A DNA stretch of 64,000 bases from Puniceicoccales bacterium (GTDB lineage: Bacteria > Verrucomicrobiota > Verrucomicrobiia > Opitutales > UBA9783), in contig JAIRMU010000015.1 of the NCBI GenBank assembly GCA_031258545.1, forward strand, positions 12,761 through 76,760. The letters are read 5' to 3'. A program made the position numbers and the translations under genes. Positions 51,044 to 60,613 of the stretch are shown one piece after another (position 1 is the first letter of the stretch; each line of letters starts with the position of its first letter). Under the pieces are notes generated by a model that searched no databases, was not told the DNA's origin, and worked only from the letters and a program-made list of their open reading frames with translations.

Positions 51044-52003
51044 TCACCGTTGTTTTTCCAAAAAATGCAGCAAAATTTCTTCCAAATTCTGCGTGTCTCT
51101 GGCAAATAGACGAATGCCTTCTGCCAATTTTTCGGTTGCCATGGGATCTTCATTCATCTGCCAGCGGAAAGATTTTTCGGTTACCGGAGATTTTGGCATC
51201 GTTGATTTTCCAATCTTGGGCAGTTGCAATTGAGGCATAATCGGTCCCGCATTCGCTTCCAATTGGGCCAGTAATTTGGGAGCAATGGTCAAACGGTCAC
51301 ACCCCGCCAATGCAATGATCTGCTCTAGGGTACGGAAACTGGCTCCCATAATTTCGGTTTTGTAGCGGTATTGCTTTAGATAATTATAAATAGATTTTAC
51401 CGAACGAACGCCTGGATCTTCTTCGCCAGCAGCCAATAAATTGTGTGCACTATACCAATCAAAAATTCTGCCCACAAAAGGTGATATGAGCGTTACTCCA
51501 GCTTCTGCACAAGCAATCGCCTGCACACGACTGAAGATTAAAGTAAGATTGCAAGCAATACCTTCCCTTTCGAGTACTTCAGCCGCCTTAATCCCTTCCC
51601 AAGTAGCTGCGATTTTCATCAACACCCTACTACTTGGAATTGCGTACGCCTCGTACAAATCTCGCAAACGGTACGCCTGCTCCAGGGTGGATTTCATGTC
51701 GAATGAATATCGAGCGTCTACTTCTGTGGAAACGCGTCCAGGTATAATATCCAAAATCTTTTTTCCCACGGTCACCAAAACGCACTCTAAAAATTCTTGC
51801 AATGCTGGATTGCGGTGGTGGCTGCTTTTGAAAAAACCGTAAGCTTCCTGCAAATAATGATCGCAATCCGGTTTTTGAAAAAGTTTCCAAATAAGACTTG
51901 GGTTGGTTGTGGCCTCATCCGGTTGAAAACGTTGCATTTCCGTCCAATCACCCGTATCGGCAACCACTTTTGTCCACTGTTTTAGGCTCTCCAATTGATT
52001 CAT
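51044..52003 (-). CDS. tal: Transaldolase
   Basis: VVADTGD, ATTNPSL, GRVSTEVDAR, KIAATWEG, CNLTLIFS, ISPFVGRI, MGASFR. Confidence 0.97.
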   Translation of the reverse strand: MNQLESLKQWTKVVADTGDWTEMQRFQPDEATTNPSLIWKLFQKPDCDHYLQEAYGFFKSSHHRNPALQEFLECVLVTVGKKILDIIPGRVSTEVDARYSFDMKSTLEQAYRLRDLYEAYAIPSSRVLMKIAATWEGIKAAEVLEREGIACNLTLIFSRVQAIACAEAGVTLISPFVGRIFDWYSAHNLLAAGEEDPGVRSVKSIYNYLKQYRYKTEIMGASFRTLEQIIALAGCDRLTIAPKLLAQLEANAGPIMPQLQLPKIGKSTMPKSPVTEKSFRWQMNEDPMATEKLAEGIRLFARDTQNLEEILLHFLEKQR

Positions 52004-52289
52004 AAAAATACCGATTTACACCTCCATACACCTCACAATTATGATGTGCACCCACAATGATGGTTTTACCTCATCACATTTAATTTTACTGGACATTTGA
52101 CAAAAACAAAAAAATCGCACCGCTTCCGTAAAACCCATCAAACATTGTTATTCTTCGCCAACAAATGCCCCAATTAATGTGCAAGACATTTATAATGTAC
52201 ACTGCAACCTACGCAAAAGACAAGCATGCTTTATTCAAACTACCACAAAATCTAAGAGAACTTTTTGGCTTGAACGCGTTCATTTCAAC

Positions 52290-53135
52290 TTAAGTTTCAC
52301 GGTACGAACACAGTTTCAATAGAAACATCTCAAGCGCACTAGCGGCACTTAAATTTGCTTCCGTCAGTTCAAAAGCTTTTTCCAAGTTCTGTATCCACCG
52401 AGGGTACAAATACATCTTTTCTAAAACCTGATTGCACCTAAAAATTTCACCCAAAGATGCTTCAATGGCCATAAAAAATTGCTGTACACACCGTTTTTCG
52501 ATGCCCGCCTTCATGGCCAATATTTCTTCCGAATTTAAGTATTCACCCTCAGAAAGTTGCACTTTCTGCGCTTCGACTTCGACATAAGATTGAAAATGGT
52601 ACAGTAATCCATAAATTTGCATTAGAGGGACTTCGTTCCCTTGCAAATATTGGTCAACATAACACTTAAACGTTCGCATCCACGCTTGGACCTCATCGGA
52701 TGGATGCTGCGCAACGCTTACGGGAATTGAAATCCACCAACAACGACTTCTCAATGTGGGTAACAAATCGTAAGGGCGCGTTGTTAATAGGAACAAAGAT
52801 GTATCCAATGGAGGTTCCTCCAAAGTCTTCAAAAAAGCATTGGCCGCCGCTCTCGGCAGGCGATCTGCCTCATAAATGACAAAAACTTTACGATCGGCTT
52901 GATGGGGTGAATTGAAAACGTTTCGACTGAGCTCTCTGACCGCATCCACGCTAATTTGACGCATTTTATTGATGGGACGTACGCAAAAATAATCGGGGTG
53001 ACTTTCAACAAGCTCCGTCGAACATTGCAGTAAACGGGCTGACCACCGCAGAAGGAATTGTTGAACAGCATCCAGCGTTGAACTTGTCAATAAAACACTC
53101 TGGGGCACACGTTCTAAAAAAACATTTAAATCCAT
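52290..53135 (-). CDS. holB: DNA polymerase III delta' subunit-like protein (start moved to ATG 53135, TAATG overlap with tmk)
   Basis: HPDY, ISVDAVREL, KVFVIYEAD, AANAFLKTLEEPP, LLPTLRSRC. Confidence 0.88.
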   Translation of the reverse strand: MDLNVFLERVPQSVLLTSSTLDAVQQFLLRWSARLLQCSTELVESHPDYFCVRPINKMRQISVDAVRELSRNVFNSPHQADRKVFVIYEADRLPRAAANAFLKTLEEPPLDTSLFLLTTRPYDLLPTLRSRCWWISIPVSVAQHPSDEVQAWMRTFKCYVDQYLQGNEVPLMQIYGLLYHFQSYVEVEAQKVQLSEGEYLNSEEILAMKAGIEKRCVQQFFMAIEASLGEIFRCNQVLEKMYLYPRWIQNLEKAFELTEANLSAASALEMFLLKLCSYRET

Positions 53136-53776
53136 TATTTTAGCAAAAATCGAGCGCTCGCAATTTTCCAAATTTGTCGGGAAAGTTCTTTAACTTCCAA
53201 CAAACCATCGACGAGGACAAAACGCTCTGGGAACTGCTGGGCAAGGCACAAATAGCCTTCGCGCACCTTTCTATAAAAATCAATGCTTTCCTTTTCCATT
53301 CTATCTAATTTACCGGTTTTTCGTCTTTGGACACGTAATAAACTTTCATCGGCCGAAATATCAATGACAATTGTCAAGTCGGGCATCCATTCACCTACCG
53401 CAAAAGTATTGATTGCACGTACGGGTTCACTTGCCAATCGACGGGCTACGCCTTGATAAACGGTTGTGGAATCCAAAAATCGATCGCACAGAATAATTTT
53501 TCCCTCCTTTAAAGATGGGAAAATAACTTCACGCACCAATTGAGCCCGACTTGCCGCAAAAAGTAACAATTCCGTCTCGGGAAACATATTATCCGCATTG
53601 GTAGATTCAATTAACAAGTGCCTCACCATTTCACCGATCGCAGTACCTCCAGGTTCACGTGTTACCACAACCGACCTACCTGCCTTTTGGAAATATTCCG
53701 ATAAAAGATTAATCTGCGTCGTTTTGCCACAACCTTCGCAACCTTCAAACGTGATAAAAATGCCTTTTTCTTTCAT
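53135..53776 (-). CDS. tmk: Thymidylate kinase
   Basis: FITFEGCEGCGKTTQ, TREPGGT, ELLLFAASRAQ, LCDRFLDST..YQG, PDLT. Confidence 0.96.
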   Translation of the reverse strand: MKEKGIFITFEGCEGCGKTTQINLLSEYFQKAGRSVVVTREPGGTAIGEMVRHLLIESTNADNMFPETELLLFAASRAQLVREVIFPSLKEGKIILCDRFLDSTTVYQGVARRLASEPVRAINTFAVGEWMPDLTIVIDISADESLLRVQRRKTGKLDRMEKESIDFYRKVREGYLCLAQQFPERFVLVDGLLEVKELSRQIWKIASARFLLK

Positions 53777-53785
53777 ACGCTATGT

Positions 53786-54892
53786 TTAACGACTCAAATA
53801 TTTATGGATGTTTTCGTACGAAGGCACACAACCTGTTTCGATGTATAACACAGCGGTACTATGTCCCCATAATAAACTCTGTTCAAGGTCAAAATTCATC
53901 AAACGTCCGCACAAAAATCCTCCGTTGAAATGATCGCCACTCCCCGTCAAGCATTGCAATTGTTTCGCCTGAAAGGCAGGGACAAAAGTCGTTTCATCTC
54001 GGTGGACGGCTATGGCTCCCACATGGCAGTGGTAAACGATGTAGTCGATATTAAGTTTCTCTTTTACGGTGAGCAACCAACGCTGAAAACCCATGCGATC
54101 TTCTTCAATTTCCGAACGGCAGGGTGCCCCTATGGTTTGTCCCACAATTCTAGCTTCACTGCGATTGAGGGCCAAATAAACTTTTCCTTTACATCCAAAT
54201 CGAGGTAAAATTTGCAGCACCTTTTGTAGATCCTCGCGCGTCCTTTTGGAAGGGTCTGCCAGATCAAAAAACCAAATGCGGTGATCGTTGGGAGATAAAT
54301 GAGGCAACCACTCGTCGGAAATTGTTTGCAGCAAACGGGTCATGCCGTACAACATGGTCCAATTTTGAAAAGCAATCAAATCCGATTTCGAAAACTCATC
54401 CATCCAATACTTTTCACTTTTTTGTCTCAGTAAATTCTCGTAATTTACCGCATCCATCGGATAAGTATACCCCAAAAGCAACTTGCCGTCATGGCACTCT
54501 AGGGCCTGCGTCATACCCGGAGGCCCCAATGAAATTGCCTGCGTTTTGCTTGCAAATGTCTCAAAAAGTGGATGTATGGGATTACCCAACGTACCCACAT
54601 AACGTACATTGACGCCCATTGCCAGCAGGACACCGGCCAACAGAGGTCCATTGCCGCCTATTTTTTCACATTTGGGGAATAATTCTAAATTCAAATTACA
54701 ACCCGAAGCCTCACAAATACGTTGCCCAAGCTCCGTTAAAGTAGCGTACGCTTCAAATTGATTGCCTTGACCTTCACGACGCTTGACAACGGATACCAAC
54801 TTGTCGATAAAACCATCCAATCCAACCCATGCTCGCTTTGCATTTAAAACAGTTTCCTGCCGAGACTGTATCGCACAATTATCAACGTTCAT
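53786..54892 (-). CDS. PfkB/ribokinase-family carbohydrate kinase
   Basis: KIGGNGP N-terminal motif; C-terminal LTGSGDHFNGGF anion-hole motif. Confidence 0.8.
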   Translation of the reverse strand: MNVDNCAIQSRQETVLNAKRAWVGLDGFIDKLVSVVKRREGQGNQFEAYATLTELGQRICEASGCNLNLELFPKCEKIGGNGPLLAGVLLAMGVNVRYVGTLGNPIHPLFETFASKTQAISLGPPGMTQALECHDGKLLLGYTYPMDAVNYENLLRQKSEKYWMDEFSKSDLIAFQNWTMLYGMTRLLQTISDEWLPHLSPNDHRIWFFDLADPSKRTREDLQKVLQILPRFGCKGKVYLALNRSEARIVGQTIGAPCRSEIEEDRMGFQRWLLTVKEKLNIDYIVYHCHVGAIAVHRDETTFVPAFQAKQLQCLTGSGDHFNGGFLCGRLMNFDLEQSLLWGHSTAVLYIETGCVPSYENIHKYLSR

Positions 54893-55129
54893 TGCATATT
54901 ATTAAAGGAGAAATACATAAAAAACAATCCTATTTTGACATCCATTGATCACATGCCCGCAAATTTAGGATAACAAAATCTGGAGTATAAAAACTTAATT
55001 TAAAGCAATGATGGCATTTTCGCCTAGGGTAACAAAACACCCCTTTGGCCTAGAATGATCTCAGCCAAACTAAAAAACGCTACTTCCGTTACAAATTTAT
55101 CGCCACTTGATAAAACTCATCAATGACGA

Positions 55130-55588
55130 TTACGCTGGCATATTGGAATATACAGCGGTTTCTTGGGTATTTCCCTTGGTCCCCCCCTGCTGCAAGGTCT
55201 TCAAGTGTTGCACCCAGTATTCAAATGTATTTACGAAACACTCCAAAGATTTTTCAAAAATTTCATAGTCGCAATTCAAGAGGGGCGTATGTTGGACCAA
55301 TAAGACTTTATCACTGAACTGCTGGAGACCTAGAGTAGCACCATGCGTCTCCCTCCATTGCAAGTTTGCTTCCAGTAAGCGCGGATAAACGCGTTTAATT
55401 TGCCACTCATTTACATTTCCCAAACTAGCCTTAAAAGAAAAAACATTATCCGCCATATTGAGTTCTATGGTGACCAATAACGTCTCGTCAAACATTAAAA
55501 AACACTGATGTTTATCGTCCAACACCAACGGTTCCTCCAAATTTACTTCCGACGCTAACCGATTAAGCCACTGCTGAAATACCTGCAT
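55130..55588 (-). CDS. Class I T3SS chaperone, CesT/SycE family
   Basis: 152 aa; LVLDDKHQCFLMFDE, LLEANL.W.ET.GATLGL, C-terminal helix FEKSLECFVNTFEYW. Confidence 0.85.
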   Translation of the reverse strand: MQVFQQWLNRLASEVNLEEPLVLDDKHQCFLMFDETLLVTIELNMADNVFSFKASLGNVNEWQIKRVYPRLLEANLQWRETHGATLGLQQFSDKVLLVQHTPLLNCDYEIFEKSLECFVNTFEYWVQHLKTLQQGGTKGNTQETAVYSNMPA

Positions 55589-55722
55589 AAATTACAAAAA
55601 CCTATGGTAACAAAAACTATTAAAAATATCAAACAAAACTACCCTTATGTCACCCCTATTATACACCTTTAAACACCTTTGTCAATGCCATATGAGATCA
55701 GCAAGTTAAAATTACTGCCCGT

Positions 55723-56301
55723 CTATAAACTGCACAAATAGCGATATTTGATTAAATAACTGGATCCCGAGTACGCCGTTAACCCTGTAGTAATCACAAG
55801 ATTTACGTAATTCAGGTAGGTTAATCCCACCAACCAAGAGGCTGGAAACCAACATGCACCGTCTATTTTTAACATTTCTATCAACAGAAAAGATCCCATA
55901 ACAACAATTTGCAACACCGTTTTTATCTTACCCAATTTTTCGGCAGCCAAAATATTCCCCGACTTTGCGGCGACGATACGTAATCCCGTCACTAAAAACT
56001 CACGACAAACGATTAACAGCACACAAAACACACCCCATAAAGGCACCAAATGTTTACCAATGAGCAAAATAAAAATACCCACCGTAAAAATTTTATCATT
56101 CAGGGCATCCAACAACTTTCCCAATTCTGAAGTTTGATTATATTTTCTGGCCAAATATCCATCCAACCAATCTGTAATCCCTGCCAACACGTATACAATG
56201 AATGCCAAGGTTATGGATCCGGGAAACGAGGCGTAAAAAAATCCACCGATAACAAATAATAATGGTATTCTTATTAAAGTAATCCAATTGGGTAAATTCA
56301 C
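55723..56301 (-). CDS. pgsA: CDP-diacylglycerol--glycerol-3-phosphate 3-phosphatidyltransferase
   Basis: NLPNWITLIRI, TDWLDGYLARK, GKLLDALNDK, REFLVTGLR, GKIKTVLQ. Confidence 0.95.
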   Translation of the reverse strand: MNLPNWITLIRIPLLFVIGGFFYASFPGSITLAFIVYVLAGITDWLDGYLARKYNQTSELGKLLDALNDKIFTVGIFILLIGKHLVPLWGVFCVLLIVCREFLVTGLRIVAAKSGNILAAEKLGKIKTVLQIVVMGSFLLIEMLKIDGACWFPASWLVGLTYLNYVNLVITTGLTAYSGSSYLIKYRYLCSL

Positions 56302-56548
56302 AAATCCTACATTCTTTTATCAATTCATTGATTTTGCAAGCGTTTTTATACAAATAAGTTTTAGAACCGTGTACAGAAGAAAATTTCAATAAAAACTGCA
56401 AATCTATTTTGAAGTTTACTTATCGCAAAGCATATGCGTAACACAATATTTACCTAATTTTATACCCAAAATTCCCCAATGAACTTTTTATACAAATGCA
56501 ATTTTTTATTTACTTTCCAAGCGTATATCCCTAGAATATAGGCTGGTT

Positions 56549-56893
56549 ATGGCGGCTTTAACAACGGAACAAACAAATTTTTTATATCTGCTCGCTTACA
56601 TGTATATGCAGCAGTCAAAATACACGCAAGCCTTGCAATTATTTCGAATTCTGCGTCTGCATACGGCGGAAAACATGCAAATAGCACTCACGTTGGCCTT
56701 TTGCTTGTACAAAGCGAGTCGTTTAGAAGAAGCGACCAAAGTTTTAAATTCTCTGGATACAAATAAACTCTCCACCCGTCAAAAAACTGCCTATTACTTT
56801 ATTAGCAGCAAGGTTTTGTGGGATCTAAAAAAAGTTACCGAATCGCGGGAAATGTTACACAGCTATTTAAAATGTAGAAAACTAAATTCATGA
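56549..56893 (+). CDS. YscY/SctY-like small TPR protein
   Basis: 114 aa, helical/TPR-like; LTTEQTNFLYLLAYMYMQQSKYTQA resembles the YscY N-terminus as recalled; 4-bp overlap with sctV, the yscY position in Ysc loci. Confidence 0.65.
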   Translation: MAALTTEQTNFLYLLAYMYMQQSKYTQALQLFRILRLHTAENMQIALTLAFCLYKASRLEEATKVLNSLDTNKLSTRQKTAYYFISSKVLWDLKKVTESREMLHSYLKCRKLNS

Positions 56894-58992
56894 GCTTTGT
56901 AGGATCCATAGAAAAAACCGTTGCCAAAGTTTCACGTTTCAATGACGTTTTATTGGCCGTCTTGGTGGTCATGATCATTGCTTTGATGATCGTTCCCGTT
57001 CCAAGTTACATCCTAGATGGCCTCATAGCACTCAATTTCACCATCTCCATCATCCTCCTCATGATGGCACTCTACATCCCCAACGTGCTTGCGTTTTCCA
57101 CATTCCCCAGCATGTTATTGTTCACAACGCTCTTTCGATTGGCCCTCAGCATCACAACCACGCGCATGATTTTGCTGTACGCCGATGCCGGTGAAATTAT
57201 TTTCACGTTCGGGCAATTTGTTGTGGGAGGTAATTTCGTTGTTGGAGCCGTTATCTTTTTGATACTTTTAATCGTCCAATTTTTGGTCATCACCAAAGGT
57301 GCCGAACGTGTTGCCGAAGTGGCAGCCAGGTTTACTTTGGATGCGATGCCGGGAAAACAAATGAGCATCGATGCCGATATGCGGGCCGGTACCATTGATA
57401 TGGATGAAGCTAAGCGCCGACGCAGCGATCTTGAACGAGAAAATCAACTTTACGGCGCCATGGATGGTGCCATGAAATTCGTCAAAGGAGATGCCATTGC
57501 GGGACTCATTATTACCGCCGTCGACATCATTGCCGGACTGATTATTGGGGTTACCCAAAAAGGGATGGAATTGCAAAAAGCGCTTACGACGTATTCCATT
57601 TTAACCATTGGAGATGGTCTCGTTTCCCAAATTCCCGCACTGCTGATTTCTATTACGGCCGGTATTATCGTAACAAAGGTAGGAGCCGCCGATGGAACTA
57701 TTTTGGGGCGCGACATCGGCAAACAAGTCCTCGGACAACCCAAAGCGCTGCTCATAGGTGGCTTCATGGTCGTTGGAATGATGCTCATGCCCGGCTTTCC
57801 CAAAGTTCCTTTCCTGATTTTGGCATCCATGGTCCTTGTTGTGGGGTACACGCTCGTTAAAACTCGCGGACAAACGGGAAAACCAAAACGTCAACATTCT
57901 CCCATGTCTCCCGCAGCCAATCCCCCACGTAAAGCTCCGGAAGTTACCAACGAGTCCGAAGACTCCGGAGATGAATTTTCGGTCACCATCCCACTCATAT
58001 TGGATGTAGCGCGTTCCGTTGAAGAAACCATCGAGCCCGACGTTTTGAATGAGCAACTTATTCAAATTCGTAAGGCTTTGTATCACGATCTAGGCGTTCC
58101 GTTTCCCGGGATTCACCTGAGATTCAACGAAAGTTTGGAAGATAATTGTTACAGAATTTTGCTGAGTGAAGTTCCCATTAGCCAAGGTAAATTGATGGGG
58201 ACGCACGTTTTGGTGCGCGAATCAAAGGAAAACCTTGACATCTTGGGGATTAATATTGTTGAAGCCGAAAACTTTTTACCCAATATCCCGACTTTGTGGG
58301 CAGCCGCCTCCGACATAGAAATATTAAATACGGCCAACGTTGCCTACATGCGTACGCCACAAATTCTCACCTACCATTTATCCTTCATTTTAAAAAAATA
58401 TGCGGGTGAATTTTTGGGCATTCAGGAATGTAAGTTTTTATTGGAAAATATGGAACAGGATTTTCCTGAAATTGTACGCGAAGTACAGCGCGTTTTACCC
58501 ATACAAAAAATTACGGACATTTTCCAAAGACTAGTGCAGGAAGAAATTTCCATTAGAAATTTAAAACTTATTTTACAGTGTTTAATCGACTGGGGACAAA
58601 AAGAAAAAGAGCCCGTTTTATTGGCTGACTACGTACGATCCAATTTACGCCGTTACATCAGTTATAAATTCAGCGAAGGCCGCAACGTCCTTTCCGTTTA
58701 CTTACTGGATCCACAAGTTGAAGAAGTCGTCCGCAAAGCGGTTAGACAAACTTCTGCAGGAAGTTATCTTGCACTTGACCCGCCGACCGCCAAAAAGCTG
58801 GTCAAAGCCATTAAAGATGAAGTGGGCGAAATCCATCTTTTATCCCACCGTCCGGTTCTTCTTACATCCATGGATATCCGACGCTACATTCGAAAATTGA
58901 TTGAATTAGAAATCTATGATTTACCCGTTTTGTCACACCAAGAACTTACGGAAGAAATAACCATTCGCCCGCTCGGTAGGGTTCACATATAG
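56890..58992 (+). CDS. sctV: T3SS export gate protein SctV (LcrD/EscV; FlhA homolog)
   Basis: FPSMLLFTTLFRLALSITTTR, GAERVAEVAARFTLDAMPGKQMSIDAD, GAMDGAMKFVKGDAIAG, IGDGLVSQIPAL, EISIRNL, LPVLSHQEL. Confidence 0.95.
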   Translation: MSFVGSIEKTVAKVSRFNDVLLAVLVVMIIALMIVPVPSYILDGLIALNFTISIILLMMALYIPNVLAFSTFPSMLLFTTLFRLALSITTTRMILLYADAGEIIFTFGQFVVGGNFVVGAVIFLILLIVQFLVITKGAERVAEVAARFTLDAMPGKQMSIDADMRAGTIDMDEAKRRRSDLERENQLYGAMDGAMKFVKGDAIAGLIITAVDIIAGLIIGVTQKGMELQKALTTYSILTIGDGLVSQIPALLISITAGIIVTKVGAADGTILGRDIGKQVLGQPKALLIGGFMVVGMMLMPGFPKVPFLILASMVLVVGYTLVKTRGQTGKPKRQHSPMSPAANPPRKAPEVTNESEDSGDEFSVTIPLILDVARSVEETIEPDVLNEQLIQIRKALYHDLGVPFPGIHLRFNESLEDNCYRILLSEVPISQGKLMGTHVLVRESKENLDILGINIVEAENFLPNIPTLWAAASDIEILNTANVAYMRTPQILTYHLSFILKKYAGEFLGIQECKFLLENMEQDFPEIVREVQRVLPIQKITDIFQRLVQEEISIRNLKLILQCLIDWGQKEKEPVLLADYVRSNLRRYISYKFSEGRNVLSVYLLDPQVEEVVRKAVRQTSAGSYLALDPPTAKKLVKAIKDEVGEIHLLSHRPVLLTSMDIRRYIRKLIELEIYDLPVLSHQELTEEITIRPLGRVHI

Positions 58993-59322
58993 GGTCATTT
59001 TCACGACAAGCATAAGATTATTTACAAGAATTATGTAAGATTCCTAGCCGGTCTATGCAAAAAGATGATAGGGTGCAAAATCGCTGCCAGAAAACCAAGA
59101 TATTGGGATAATGTCATCGTATCCTTCCCCATAGACATTATCATCAATGCGCTTATTCTGTCCTTGAGTCGCATTTACTTACTTCGCCCCGGAATCAAAT
59201 CTATAACCCATATGCCTCAATCCATAAACGGCTTTTATGCTTTATAATCCACATGGGCTTAATGCTCCATTTCAGAAAATAAAATATGTAAGAGAAAGAA
59301 TCCGAATAAATGAGCAGTGAGT

Positions 59323-60456
59323 CTAATAATATCGATTTTCCCAGAGAACAGTGTTAGTAGGATTTGTTGAACCGGGACATTCGGGAAAGAGGCAAGCCAT
59401 ACCGTTCTTATTCCTATTAAGTATAATATACCTTTCGCCAATCGTTGATTTAAACTTAAGATAACACTTGTTCCAATCTGCAGTATTTGGGGTGATGCCG
59501 AACAATGCTATTCCAGCACCATCAAGTCCATCAGCTTCCGTCATCCAATTTTCTATGTCGTAACAGTAGGCAGCATTCCCCAATGGCCTATGATTCCATT
59601 TTCTTGTTAAAGGATTCATTAAATGACTGGGTACAAATGGGCACAATTTAGCCGGTATATCATCCCAGTCGGCGTTCGGAGGGAATTCATTAAAGATAAG
59701 ATAGTAAGTGCGGCAAGCCTTCATGATACCCAGAGTATCTTCGAGGGTAGAATTCAGTCGAAAATCTTCGGTGGCTTTTCTAAAGCCCGGAATGGCAATG
59801 GCGGTAAGAATGCCTACAATGCACAGGGTGACAACGACCTCGATGAGGGTAAATCCGTTTCGGTTGGCGAATGGATGTTTTGACGTCCGGCAAAATTCAG
59901 ATGCCAGGAAAGGAACCGACGTCCTGGAATATCCCGTTGCTTGACCGAACCCCAATGCCCTACTATCCTCTGCTGCCTGACCAGATCCCGACTGAGGACA
60001 TCCCGGATTAGAATATCCCGCTGCGATTAAAAGGTCAGAGGTCTTGGTATTTCGGTGAAAGCCGTTTCGACCTACGGACGAACATCTTAACCCTCGGTTC
60101 GGTTCAGGCCTTCGTTCAAGTCCCAACCCCCGGATCGGCTTTAGGTTTCGACCTAGTTCCGATCTCCAGACTGGTTCCAGGTCTCGGCTTGATCCAGACC
60201 GTTGTTCCAGATCTAATCTCGGGCTTGACCCCAACTTTCTATTTGGTGCCGATCTTCGGCCGTATTCCAACCCGTGGTTCGGTTCAAATCCTAATTCCCA
60301 GACAGGCCCTAGGGCTCGATTTAGTTCCAACCGTTGATTTAGATCCAATGTTTGGATCGGTCTCGATTTCTGATTTGGTTTTAATTCCCGGCTTAGTCTT
60401 AATTCACAGACGGATTTCCACTCTCGACTTAGCTCCGATCCTCGACCGGCTCCCAA
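59323..60456 (-). CDS. Pilin/pseudopilin (176-aa mature part from 59853) preceded in-frame by a long repeat-encoded leader; true start uncertain
   Basis: NRNG|FTLIEVVVTLCIVGILTAIAIPGF class III signal. The frame is open from 60570. Candidate starts: TTG 60456, TTG 59955, or the repeat-dependent GTG 60574. Confidence 0.75.
   Translation of the reverse strand: MGAGRGSELSREWKSVCELRLSRELKPNQKSRPIQTLDLNQRLELNRALGPVWELGFEPNHGLEYGRRSAPNRKLGSSPRLDLEQRSGSSRDLEPVWRSELGRNLKPIRGLGLERRPEPNRGLRCSSVGRNGFHRNTKTSDLLIAAGYSNPGCPQSGSGQAAEDSRALGFGQATGYSRTSVPFLASEFCRTSKHPFANRNGFTLIEVVVTLCIVGILTAIAIPGFRKATEDFRLNSTLEDTLGIMKACRTYYLIFNEFPPNADWDDIPAKLCPFVPSHLMNPLTRKWNHRPLGNAAYCYDIENWMTEADGLDGAGIALFGITPNTADWNKCYLKFKSTIGERYIILNRNKNGMACLFPECPGSTNPTNTVLWENRYY
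60062..60440 (-). repeat. Degenerate ~18-bp tandem repeat (about 20 units) encoding hexapeptides like EPNRGL/ELNRAL
   Basis: Units such as CCCTCGGTTCGGTTCAGG and CCCGTGGTTCGGTTCAAA on the + strand; 6-residue periodicity in the translation; boundaries approximate. Confidence 0.7.
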
Positions 60457-60514
60457 CGGTTGACCGGGGTCCTTTAGCTCCGGAACGACATCGGCGATTA
60501 AGCGCTCAGACGCC

Positions 60515-60570
60515 TGAGGTCTTGAGGTCTTGAGGTCTTGAGGTCTTGAGGTCTTGAGGTCTTGAGGTCT
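60515..60570 (+). repeat. Perfect simple sequence repeat (TGAGGTCT)7
   Basis: Seven exact 8-bp units counted directly. Confidence 0.97.
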
Positions 60571-60583
60571 TCACAATGAAGTT

Positions 60584-60613
60584 ATTCTATCTTTCCCCAC
60601 CGACCTCTGTCAA
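60584..60613 (-). promoter_or_regulatory. Putative sigma-70 promoter facing the 8-bp repeat and pilin ORF
   Basis: Minus strand: TTGACA-N18-TAGAAT, then 9 nt to the GTG at 60574. Confidence 0.7.

Noticed and set aside
50639-51109. 156-aa plus-strand ORF
   Set aside because: Overlaps the tal 3' end antisense, has no recognisable motif, and has the composition of an intergenic shadow ORF.
59000-59320. Small gene between sctV and the pilin ORF
   Set aside because: Only 47-60 aa frames on either strand, with no motif or convincing start context.
60062-60570. CRISPR array
   Set aside because: The repeats are contiguous 8-bp and degenerate 18-bp units without unique spacers, and no cas genes are in the window.
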